Positions 12,501 to 22,674 of a DNA stretch of 64,000 nt are shown here, in pieces. Position 1 is the stretch's first letter. Every line of letters starts with the position of its first letter. Source of the stretch: Macrostomum lignano (Eukaryota); NCBI GenBank assembly GCA_002269645.1, contig NIVC01003528.1, forward strand, positions 28,777 through 92,776, written 5' to 3'. The position numbers and the translations under genes were made by a program. A model generated the notes under the pieces. It saw only the letters and a program-made list of their open reading frames with translations. It did no database searches and was not told where the DNA came from.

Positions 12501-12661
12501 ACGTGCCAATGTCCGATTACAGGCAGACTGCCTCGCTGAATGTGGCTGCCGCTGCTGGCATTGTGCTGCACAGGCTGTATAGTCTGGCTGCCGGTGGCGA
12601 CCTGCTGGACCCTGTTGCTGATGCTGCAGCTGACAGACTGAGCAGTGCTGGAGGTCGCTAG
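9594..12661 (+). CDS. MRM3: SPOUT/TrmH-family rRNA methyltransferase, MRM3 (RNMTL1)-like; first exon not identified
   Basis: Exons 9594-10013 and 12166-12661 (GCC AG|gtgag ... cgcag|G). Motifs LVEGERLV, TPQACLAVFPKP, DPANVGGIAR, PKAIRAGAGAHF, LLLGSEANGL and SLNVAAAAGIVL match SpoU/TrmH. The symbol is by similarity from memory. Confidence 0.8.
10035..10345. repeat. Degenerate ~22-bp minisatellite (TTTGTGTTTCTTAGAATTGGCAC)
   Basis: Tandem copies just after the MRM3 donor site. Confidence 0.85.
10413..11382 (-). mobile_element. Mariner (DD34D-like) DNA transposon, internally deleted and disrupted, in the MRM3 intron
   Basis: Perfect 29-bp TIRs CTTCGGGTGTGTCATAAGTAATGTCACTG (10413-10441 and 11354-11382) flanked by TA on both sides. 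Transposase remnants VAEDESWL, WQMDTARPH and FKWLKADF...FANHEEVKQA occur in broken frames. Length 970 bp. Confidence 0.93.
11935..12110. repeat. Dispersed repeat, second copy at ~20993-21170
   Basis: Shared sequence catatcaaaa(a)gatgaacac..g.tctgcctcctatc.aaagcaataacaattt...gctgaaa ... tagtgtatttttcgg ... cttgagtagtcttt. Confidence 0.75.
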
Positions 12662-12775
12662 CTGCCGGTCCTTAGATCCCCCCAATGCTGGTCCTTAGAT
12701 CCCCTAACTGCCAGTCCTTAGATCCCAACTCCCGGTCCTCAGATCCCCCAAATGCCGGTCCTTAGATCCCCCAAA
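12662..12775. repeat. Short minisatellite GGTCCTTAGATCCCC immediately after the MRM3 stop codon
   Basis: Five copies, plus a solitary copy near 11853. Confidence 0.8.
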
Positions 12776-13229
12776 TGTAAACATCGCTGAGCATTTATGC
12801 AACTATGAGTAGTTCGCATTTATTTGTTCTCAAATAACCATGGTTAAGACTCATCCAATCATGTTACAGTGTTCTCAAATAAATTTGAAAATGCCAGCTG
12901 TAGAAATTCTGTTTCTGTTGATAGCAGGATCTATTATTTTGGTTCAAAAAACTCATATTTTCCAAGACCTTTTTTATTAGTTACTAATAGTAAAAATGCA
13001 CCAAACTCTCCAGTCTCTTGAGCAGTGCTTAAACCGTGCTCATGGGGGGGAGAGCTGCTCAGCAACAAAAACGTCTGACTCTCTCGCAACACGAAGACCC
13101 TTGGTTTGATTCCATGGTGTGCACAAAAATTGGCCTGAGGGTTGTCTTGCGATTCACAGACCATGAGACCCAGACCCCCCAAGGCCTCTTGCAAATTATG
13201 ATTATCAATTCCGCTCCCATATTTTGCAG

Positions 13230-14757
13230 GCGGAGAATCTCATCAACCTGGAGTTCCTCAGACCAGGCCGGCAGGCTATTCGACTGAAAATTCCCAGTGA
13301 TCCCCTCAATCAGCTGGGTGCCCGGCTGTGGCCGAGCTCTCTGAAACTGAGCTGCCTGTTGATGCGGCAGCTGCAGCCTCATCAGGATGAGCAGCTGGGC
13401 ACCTGTCTTGAGCTTGGCTGCGGTTGTGGCCTGGCTGGCGCCATGGCGCTGGCGCTTGGCGCCCGCCGTGTTACATTTACGGACTCGTCGCCGAAAGTGC
13501 TCAACAGGTGCGCTAAGCAGTGCCGTCTAAATGGATTCTCAATGAGTGCAGCTTCCAGTAGCTTTGCTGAGCCCGACTTAAAGAGATTCAGGGTAAGGAG
13601 CGTTAGAGAAGTTGATTGTTGCTTTCACAAGCTCGAAATTTCAAGCTGGTGACTAAATTTTAAGTTTAGAGTTTGTGAATCTTCGAGTTTGTGAAGCTTC
13701 GAGTTTGTGAATCTTCGAGTTCGTGAAGCTTCGTTTTTTTATACTTTCGAGTTTGTAAAACCCTTAAGTTTGTGGATTCTCAAGTTTGTGAATCCTCGAG
13801 TTTTTGAATCTTCGATTTTGTGAATCTTCGAGTTTGTGAAGCTTTGAGTTCGTGAAGCTTCTTTTTGTATATTTTCGAGTTTGTAAATCGTCAAGTTTGT
13901 GAAGCTTCGAGTGTGTGAATCCTCTAGTTTGTGAATCCTCTAGTTTGTGAATCCTCTAGTTTGTGAATCCTCTAGTTTGTGAATCCTCGAGTTTGTGAAG
14001 CTTCGAGTTTGTGAATCCTGATCGAGTTTGTGAATCCTCTAGTTTGTGAATCCTCTAGTTTGTGAATCCTCTAGTTTGTGAATCCTCTAGTTTGTGAATC
14101 CTCTAGTTTGTGAATCCTCCAGTTTGTGAAGCTTCGAGTTTGTGAATCCTGATCGAGTTTGTGAATCCTCTAGTTTGTGAATCCTTAAGTTTGTGAATCC
14201 TCCAGTTTGTGAATCCTCGAGTTTTGTGAATCCTCTAGTTTGTGAATCCTCGAGTTTTGTGAATCCTCTAGTTTGTGAATGTTCCAGTTTGCTTATATAA
14301 AGTCGAACCTACGAGACTCCCCCCTTCATTGGAGCGACAGGCTTCCGTTGGCGAGTTTGACTGTCGCCAGCTCTGCTGGGGCAGCCTTGACCAGCTGCTG
14401 CAGGGCCTGGCAGACGGCTGGCTCGCCCAACCGCTGGACCTGATCCTCGCGTCCGACTGTCTGTACGATCCAGCTGTGTTCGACTCGTTCTTCGCCACTC
14501 TGTCCGGCCTGTTCCGACTGGCCAGTCCGGTTCGTCTGGGCTGTCTGATGTCCGCGCACAACAGGAATCCGGATTGGGGATTTGCGAGACTGCTGGCTCG
14601 GTATGGGCTTAGGGCGACGCCGCTGACTCTTGACGATGCAGACTCTGTCGAGGCCTGCATCTCTGCGGACTGTTTGGCCTCGCTGCCAGCTGACTTTGCC
14701 AGCTGCCTGCTGGAAGATGAAACTGTGCAGCTGTTCAGAGTGACGCCCGAGCTTTAG
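13230..14757 (+). CDS. METTL23: Seven-beta-strand protein methyltransferase (Methyltransf_16 family), METTL23-like; no genomic start codon found
   Basis: Exons 13230-13592 and 14341-14757 (both phase 0; 780 nt). Motifs GARLWPSS, LELGCGCGLAG, VTFTD, LCWG and LILASDCLYDP. The subfamily assignment is tentative. Confidence 0.7.
13670..14280. repeat. Intronic satellite, 16-bp unit GTTTGTGAATCCTCTA / GTTTGTGAAGCTTCGA
   Basis: Fills intron 13593-14340. The unit is related to the 1-2820 satellite. Confidence 0.93.
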
Positions 14758-15023
14758 GCGAATCGTGTGGGTTTTTTCGAGACCAATCGTATTTGCATTT
14801 CAACTCAAATTCAAGGAAAGTGAAGAAGTCCAGTTTCTGTCTTCAGAGCACAAAACACCTGTATTCTGGCGCATTGCCTGTATTCAATATTTTTATTAAA
14901 ATTTCCTTTCTTTAAACTGGTAAATTCCAATGCCCCAATTGTACTGCCTTAATTCTTTAAACGCCACGATATAATAAGCTTTTGTGATTGACGCACCGAG
15001 TCGTCAGCAGCGTAATGGAATTC

Positions 15024-15498
15024 CATTGTCGATTGACCCTTTTATGTAGATAAGAAATTTGTACAACCAGACCGTTAATTAGGCTAAGCTTGCGGTTCTC
15101 ATCTTAATTCAATTTCACATTGCGGGGTCAAGGGGCGGAGAACCCACTCTATTCTTCTATCAGCCTGTATCAGTTGGACTCTTTTTTATAGCTTCCTTAT
15201 TATCTAACTTGTTTGCGCCCTTAGTTTACTTAATTGCACGATTAAGTTGTAGATTAAATTCTTATCTTTTCTCATCTCTCGAATCTCGCAATAGTTATCT
15301 AAGTTAACCATGTTTGTTATCGGCAAGCCTTGCGTTGCCCATTTATCAATCTCAATTATCTCAACAAGCCCCCACACACCCCAAAGGGCCTCTCCGCCCC
15401 CTAATTGACCCGAAAAGATGAGAACCATAAAAGCTTATCCAAATTTACGGTCTGGTTGTACAAATTTATTATCTACATAAAAGGTTCAATCAACAATG
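15024..15498. mobile_element. MITE-like element with ~80-bp imperfect terminal inverted repeats
   Basis: cattgtcgattgacccttttatgtagataagaaatttgtacaaccagaccgttaatt (15024-15080) is the inverse of aatttacggtctggttgtacaaatttattatctacataaaaggttcaatcaacaatg (~15442-15498). No clear TSD. Confidence 0.75.
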
Positions 15499-15579
15499 TT
15501 ATAATAATATAACTATGATTACATTCGCGTCAAATACTAGTGTTGAATAATGACTAAAGGCGGGCACGCTTGCGTATAG

Positions 15580-16579
15580 TATATAGCATTTCCCGGTCAA
15601 TAGCGCGGTACATATAGTCAGTTTCTAGATTCCTAAAATCGTGTTCGCAGAATTTTTCTGTCCATCATCAGTCGTGAAAAAAGTGCAAACAGTTTCGCAC
15701 ATTTGTCAGCACTATCGATTTATCATATTTCGATTTCTCCTCGTCCACTTGAAACCAATTAGCTTCACATCGTATCAATACAGTGCAGTCGATACCGTGT
15801 TCAGCAATCTTGTTCGCACATGTGGAAGTCATTATCGGGTCTAGCAATCAGTTTAGTTATTATATGATGCAATCCATACCTTAAAACTCAACGACTACTA
15901 GTGCTGGCATGCTGTACTCAAAATTGGGTTGGATTCAATGGACTTAGCGCTTTCTGTGATCTATTTAACTCGCACCTCAAAATCGCTGTGTTACTCCATC
16001 TATAGTCACCCAGCTGCTTTATTTTGCACTGAAAATTTACTCGAGATTCAATATGGCTGAGCAAGTCCGTAGAATTTTCTAGAAAATTCTAGAAAATCGT
16101 AGAAAATTGCGAGTTGTATAAGCCCCTTCAACAGAGGTATTATACCCATTTCCATGTCTATGTATTTGCTAGAGCAGCAGGCAGCAGCTAGTAAGAAAGG
16201 GCAGCGCACGCGCAGGCGCTGCGCCTGTGCGCGCGCTGCGCTTTAGAAAAATTTCAAAAGTGCGCCGGACACCGTCCGCGGTTTTACAACTTTTTCCTAT
16301 AGGGCTGACAGGCAGGCCGATCGTCAACGGATAATTAATAATTCATTGAACTTTATCTGATATTGTTGGTGTGATTTTACGTTATGTTATCCAGAAAGTT
16401 GAAATTTATGAAAATAAATTGAAAATGATGAAGGAACATGGCTCCTTCATCATTTTATATGCTAGACTCGATCATTCTGCTCGACTCGATAGACTCGACA
16501 GAAAAATTCTGCGAGCCATGATTGTAGGAATCTGAAACTGACTATATGTACCGCGCTATTGACCGGGAAATGCTATATA
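15580..16579. mobile_element. Non-autonomous TIR element, ~1 kb, with ~83-bp TIRs
   Basis: tatatagcatttcccggtcaatagcgcggtacatatagtcagtttc...gcagaatttttctgtc (15580-15662) is the inverse of 16497-16579. An internal segment (~16130-16300) resembles ~62895-62985. Confidence 0.85.
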
Positions 16580-16835
16580 AACCCTGGCCTACCCCTGTAA
16601 CAAAGCGTGTCACTGTTAATAATCGCCTGTTCATATTTTATATGACGTCATTCTTTCTTAATTCATTTATGGATTAGGACTTTTAATGTTTCATTAGCGC
16701 AAAGTTTCGGCTACTTTGATTGAACCATATGATGATGATCCAACGTGCAAGACAGAGACGCGGCACGCTAACACTTGACTTTATAGTTGATATCGCGTGC
16801 AACTGCGTGCAACGTGCAACTCCGTGCAACTGCGT

Positions 16836-16864
16836 GTATTTATACACTATTAGTGTATAAATAC
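16836..16864. promoter_or_regulatory. Palindromic double TATA element upstream of tri-PAN gene copy 1
   Basis: GTATTTATACACTA-T-TAGTGTATAAATAC has 14-bp perfect arms and gives TATAAATA on both strands. The plus-strand TATA at 16856 is 66 nt before the ATG. It is preceded by four GTGCAAC copies (16797-16830). Confidence 0.65.
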
Positions 16865-16921
16865 GGCCTTCAAATTGCCCTTCAAGCCAATAACTCCTTA
16901 ACTCAATCAAGCCTACTCAAG

Positions 16922-17761
16922 ATGAACAACAGCTCAACTCAAAGCAAGCGTCGGTCGTTGAGGTTTCTCCTACCGAAATCGGTAGCAGTGCTCTTGGCCG
17001 CTCTGTCCCTGCTCAGCCCATTCGCTTCGGCCTCTTCCTGCAGGGTCGCTGATGTCGAGTTCAAAGGCGAGGAGTTGCCTTTCGGAAGACTGATGGCTGG
17101 CAGTGCTGCGGAGTGCCAGCTCAAATGCCGGTCAATCAGCCGCTGCAAGTTCTACACTTTTACACCTGACAAAGAGCGGTCGAGTTGGAGTTTGTGCTCG
17201 ATCAGGTCCGGCGACTACACGGCTACTTACAAGAAGAATTCGATCTCGGGACTACCGAATTGTCCTGGCACCTGCATTGAGGCTGGCGTGGACTACTACG
17301 GCTCTGACCTGCCGGACGGTCTCGTGAAGGACGTGCCCAGTTCTGACGTCTGCCAGAAGCTGTGCCAGCAGCGGATCGACTGCGAATTCTTTGCTTACGC
17401 CACACAAAGCGACTCGAACTGCCGGCGCTGCTACCGCAACTGCTGGCTGAAGTCTGGCGGCTACAGCCGCACTGAGAACAGAAACCGGATCTCTGGACCA
17501 GCCCGCTGCAAGGACTGCATTGAGACTGGCGTGGACTACTACGGCTCTGACTTGCCCGACGGTCTCGTGAAGGACATCGCCAGCGCCAAGGACTGCCAGT
17601 CGCTGTGCGCCAATCGCAAGGACTGCCAGTTCTTCACCTGGGCTCCCGACAATGACAAGGGGTGCAAAACCTGCAGGGGCAACTGCTGGCTGAAGTCTGG
17701 CAACTACCGACGGGTCGTCAATTCCAACAGAGTCTCCGGGCCCGCCGTTTGCAACTTTTGA
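16922..17761 (+). CDS. Secreted triple PAN/apple-domain protein, copy 1 (279 aa, intronless)
   Basis: ATG at 16922, hydrophobic signal (VAVLLAALSLLSPFASA), then three PAN repeats (for example CIEAGVDYYGSDL..C...C.....C.FFAY..CWLKSG..RISGPARC). AATAAA follows near 17843. Confidence 0.9.
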   Translation: MNNSSTQSKRRSLRFLLPKSVAVLLAALSLLSPFASASSCRVADVEFKGEELPFGRLMAGSAAECQLKCRSISRCKFYTFTPDKERSSWSLCSIRSGDYTATYKKNSISGLPNCPGTCIEAGVDYYGSDLPDGLVKDVPSSDVCQKLCQQRIDCEFFAYATQSDSNCRRCYRNCWLKSGGYSRTENRNRISGPARCKDCIETGVDYYGSDLPDGLVKDIASAKDCQSLCANRKDCQFFTWAPDNDKGCKTCRGNCWLKSGNYRRVVNSNRVSGPAVCNF

Positions 17762-17980
17762 CCTTTTGACCTGAGACTGCGAGTTTTAGCTGCCGGTCAC
17801 TTGGCCTCAAACTATTCCGCACTGTTTTAGCTGTCTTGAATTAAATAAACTGTTTTAAGTTTTAAATCGTTCATTAAATAAACACAAATCGCTCCCTCTG
17901 CGCTTGTTGGTCGATATTCGCAACCGTCTGGATACGGACATTTAAGCAACTGTGCATTTATGCTGATTCAATTATCTATA

Positions 17981-20621
17981 CCCGACCGGAAATAATTGTT
18001 CTTTAAATGCGTCAAATAGCACATAAAAAATGAACTGGGGGGAATCCCAAAATAACTGTCGAAACGACACGAAATTTGTGAGAATCGACAATTGGTGGCA
18101 CAGCTTGGCACAAATATAACTGTGCCAAGCTGTGCCAATTGGCACATGTGACACAATTAAGAATCAAATTTTTAATTGTGCACTGCTGTGCCACAACTGT
18201 GCCACAACTGTGCCAGTTGTCTCAGCTATTTTTGAGTGCTTATAATTGTGCACAACTGTGCCATAAATGTACCATTTGGCACCATACGAGTAAATGTGCA
18301 GCTAGAAGCAGTTAAACTAGCGCGTACTGTGCCATTTGGCGTAAATTCTCCAGACGAGTGAATTTGCAGTTTAAAGCAGTTGAACTAAGCACATAATATG
18401 CTATCTGATGCTGTTATAGTTGACCCGTTAGTCAACTACGAGTTATGAAGTGTATGAAGTAGCTAAGATTTGCGAGAGGTCCTTCTCATGTTTAAATGAG
18501 GGAAGACAAATTGAAAAGAGTTGTCAATGTAAATTAAACTTTAAAATAATGTTGAGCGCGAACATAAACAGATTAAAACAGTTGGAAAAAGGGATGTTGC
18601 ATAAATACGTATATATTTAATGGGAAGTAGCAAATAGGACAAAAAATATGTATAAAACAGGAAAAAGGGGAGGCTGCGGAATTAAAAAATGCATACTAGA
18701 AGTTAACGGAAAGAAACATAACCGACAGCGGACATTGGACAGGAAACAAAAAACAACGTAATTAAAAAGCGCGGTGCATGAAAATTGTGGTGCCAGCCAA
18801 AGAGTTTACACTTCTAATACATTTGAAACTAAAACATGCAATGTAACAAATTAACTACTGAGTCGACTACACGTGGCACAGGATTTTAATGTAACAACAT
18901 GTATACATCTAATGTATTAATTTAAAAAGCACAAACAAACAACTAGATAAAAAACAAGCAATTAGTGAAACCAACTCCAATACCTCTGTTCCCCTATACT
19001 TTTCTAGTTAGACAACAAGTCTGATTCCTGGTGCTATTGTAATTTACGAGTCTGGAACTAACTATAGTAATGTAGTTGGTTACTTTATGTGGGAAAGAGC
19101 ATATTTCCAGGGGAAAACAAAACCAGAAACATGAGGGAGACAGACCAAGCTAGACGGGTCCCGCATCTGCCAAACAAGTTTAGTTTTGCTAGATGCAACA
19201 GCAGATATCCCGCGCTCAGTCCTCGCGAGTGCATTAGCCGCCTCCGACTGCACAGTGTCAGTGACATTGGCAGCCGCACCTTGACAAAGTTTCTTTACAG
19301 GCAAACGTCCGGATTGCTTTTCACGCCGACTGACGGTGATGGAGCATCGGACGTAGGCCTTTTCAATCGCTTTCATTGGTTGGGATGTCGATTCCAGCCA
19401 GGTAGCAGGCGTGGCCGACCAGGCTCAGTAGCGCGACCGCTCAACGACGTTACCAAAATCTCGTCGTCGCTGAAGCACCCCCGCACCATCTCGCGGAGAA
19501 GTGCATTGAGGTTGGCCGGAGTCGTTGGTTCTTGATATATCCTTACTGGCCATGACCCTGGTCTGAGCGACGTTGGACGTAAAGGCGAAACCGATTGGCT
19601 GCAGAGGTGTTTTTAAGGATTGAAGAGCGTTTGAGAGTAACAATAGGATATTTGCGCGATCATAAATGAAGGACTATTAATTTCTTACCGTAGTATAATT
19701 TCTTTCCATTGTCGTCGACCAGCATGTTGTCAACTGTGACGGCTGGGTCCACGAGCTGATCTAGATGGACGGCGAGATGCTGCGTGATCTGCTGCTTTAG
19801 TTCTTTTGTAATGGCGTCAATCAAACGCGGTTGCGCCATTTTCGAGCGTCTGAGCAGATCATGCCGCAAGTTGGGAGTGAAAACCTGCCGGTCATCTGCC
19901 AAAATCGAAGCTACTGACGTCGCAGCCTCAGTGCAAGTTGCACCGGGTGTGCGTCAAACAGTTTTGTTAGGTAATTAGCAATAAAAAAGGTTATTTGAGC
20001 CAAGTGTGCCAAGAAGGACAAAGATATATAACTGTGCCAAATGTCATAGCTGTGGCACAACTGGTACAATTGTAGCAAGTGTGCCAAGTGTGCCAGTCTG
20101 TTTTAATAACCAATTAGCTATAAAAAGGATATTCGTGCCAAGTGTGCCAAGAAGGACAGTCCAAGACAGTTATATAACTGTGTCAAATAGTATAGCTGTG
20201 GCACAACTGGTACACTTGTAGTGAGTGCGCCAAGTGTGCCAAATGGTTTCCAAGGGGAATTAGCTATAAAAAGGTTATTTGTGCCAGGTGTGCCAAATAG
20301 GACATACAAAGACATTTATAACTGTGCTAAATGGTATAGCTGTGGCACAACTGGCACAATTGTAGCAAGTGTGCCAAGTGTGCCAATTGGTTTCATTGGC
20401 CAATTAGCAGTAAAAATACTATTTGTGTCAAGTGTGCCAAATAGGACATACATCGACATTTACAAACTGTGCCAAATGGCATAGCTACGGCACAATTGGT
20501 ACAATTGTATCAAGTGTGCCAAATATGACATACAAAGACATTTATAACTCTGTCAAAGGGCATATTTGTGGCACAACTGGCACACTTACTGTTTTTGAAA
20601 GGACAAATATTTTCGGTCGGG
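17981..20621. mobile_element. ~2.6-kb DNA transposon-like element with TIRs and GTGCCA/TGGCAC subterminal repeats
   Basis: TA|CCCGACCGGAAATAATTGTTCTTT is the inverse of AAAGGACAAATATTTTCGGTCGGG|TA (24 bp, 3 mismatches). Dense tgtgcca/tggcaca repeats occur at 18090-18290 and 19995-20585, and degenerate coding remnants at 19090-19960 on the minus strand. Confidence 0.75.
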
Positions 20622-21664
20622 TAAGGATAGTTATAGTTATTACGACAGGACTTGTTGGAGAAGATTTCAGAACCTAGCCGAAGTGTTCGAACTTCATCAA
20701 ACGTCAAACGGATCAAACGTCATGTAACAAATATTTGTATCTTCTTATTATAAGGGCGCCGTTTCCGATCCAAGTATCCAAGTATTTCCAACACTACCAA
20801 ATATACTCGGCAACAGTCAAAAGTTGCACCAGAAGAAATCACGCGTAGTTAATTGGAAAACTTTTAATTTCAAATTCACAGCAAATAAAATTTGAATAAC
20901 AATACCTTTTGATTGTTGGGTGGAGCTTTTGACTATTTTGTATAGTTAAAATACAAATATTTATGAATATCGATAGAGCAATAAGAAAGGCACAACATAT
21001 CAAAAAGATGAACACTGGATCTGCCTCCTATCAAAAGCAATAACAATTTTGTGCTGAAAAAATGAAAAACCTATCTCTGTAGTGTATTTTTCGGCGAAAA
21101 GTTGCCTTCGAAACATTTACCATTAGATTTCGAGTGCAGCGTCCTATATAGATTACTTGAGTAGTCTTTGATTGAAGAATGAAGTGAGGGGCGGTGTGCG
21201 AGGGTTGGACGGATTAAAGCTACCCCGATCAGTTCTCTCGTATCTTTTATTTCAGAATAGTCCAAGAGAAATTGCTTCACTGGCGCATAGAGTGGCGACT
21301 TTTCAATGTTGCTGAGTACATTTTGCTGTCCCTTTGTTCAGTTAGTTTGATAGGTTATTTTTTAGAGCGCAAAAAATTGGACAAACTTGAAGGCATGGAA
21401 GACGTACGAAGAAAATAACTGGATAAAAAAACCATAAATATCTTGCTACTGATCAAAAGATCCCCGGATTTCCATTGTGCGCTCTTGGCCGAGCAATTCG
21501 TTCTCTAATGTAGAAACTGGTTCTGCCTGCGTTTCTATGATTGCATAGAAGTCTATATAACTAATCCTGAGAATCTAGATCTAAATCTCTATTTCTGATT
21601 CTAATGATAAAAGGTGCATCAGTTTGCCTGCAAAGTTAGTCTAATAGTCTTCAGTTTCTTCCTC

Positions 21665-21843
21665 AAATTTTTACCATTGTTAGACAAATTTTGTCTAATT
21701 TGGGGATGCTTACTATCTGGGGGGTGCTTGCTATCCTCAAATTTTTACCATTGTTAGACAAACTTTGTCTAATTTGGGGATGCTTACTATCTGGGGGGTG
21801 CTTGCTATCCTCAAATTTTTACCATTGTTAGACAAATTTTCGC
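21665..21843. repeat. ~68-bp tandem duplication (about 2.5 copies)
   Basis: The unit aaatttttaccattgttagacaaa...ggggatgcttactatctggggggtgcttgctatcctc is repeated. Confidence 0.85.
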
Positions 21844-21964
21844 TATTTTCTGTTGTATGCACGTGTCTATTAGCTACAGCTGCAGTTGTACTTGTATGAA
21901 TTGCATCTATTATATAGCTAATTAATATAATAAAATTAAAAATTAAATTTATAATAATAACCGC

Positions 21965-22150
21965 GGTGGGCATGAGCATCTGGTGGGATGAGAATCTGGT
22001 GGGATGAGCATCCGGTGGACATGAGCATCCGGTGGGATGAGCATCTGGTGGACATGAGCATCTGGTGGACATGAGCATCCGGTGGGCATGAGCATCTGGT
22101 GGGATGAACATCCGGTGGACATCAGCATCCGGTGGACATGAGCATCCGAT
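21965..22150. repeat. 17-bp minisatellite CATGAGCATCCGGTGGA
   Basis: About 11 tandem copies. Confidence 0.9.
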
Positions 22151-22609
22151 GGGCCAGCATCAAATTCACGACCTTCTTCATCAGGTATGACGTTTAGCAA
22201 ACACGCTGACTTCTCACCCATAAATAACCAGGTGGATATAAAAGTTGCTCAATGACTATGCACCACATGACGCGTGGCCCTAAAACATATATTAGCTACG
22301 CGTATACTAGAGAATAGGCGACAAGCTAGCTTATTCACAGACAGCGCTTCCAAAATGAGCCAACGTACATATGCATTCCTACGGGCTTAAGCAGCCTTTT
22401 CACGTAGATTTACTCCAGGTGCAAGAGAAAATGAAAATTATCATCACACGCAGCTTGAGGCAACTAGCAATAACTATAATTAATTGGCTGTTTAGGCTGG
22501 TCATTTTCTGACCAATCAGCGCTCAGCAAGGCAGGTTGCTCTAACTACGTAATAAATTATATAATTCAATACACGCTGCTTGTACGTGTAATTATATGCC
22601 GAGTGGCAC

Positions 22610-22617
22610 TATAAATA
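22610..22617 (+). promoter_or_regulatory. TATA box of tri-PAN gene copy 2
   Basis: TATAAATA 65 nt upstream of the ATG at 22675. Confidence 0.65.
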
Positions 22618-22674
22618 CAGAGCTGGAAATATTCAAACAGCTTGCAAGATCACCCAGTTAAAGATAGCCAAAAT

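Noticed and set aside
16201-16239. GC-rich 18-bp hairpin as a possible ncRNA
   Set aside because: It lies inside a non-autonomous transposon and there is no other RNA-gene evidence.
19089-19535. 148-aa plus-strand ORF as a host gene
   Set aside because: It has no recognisable domain or splice context and is probably the antisense shadow of the degenerate transposon coding region.
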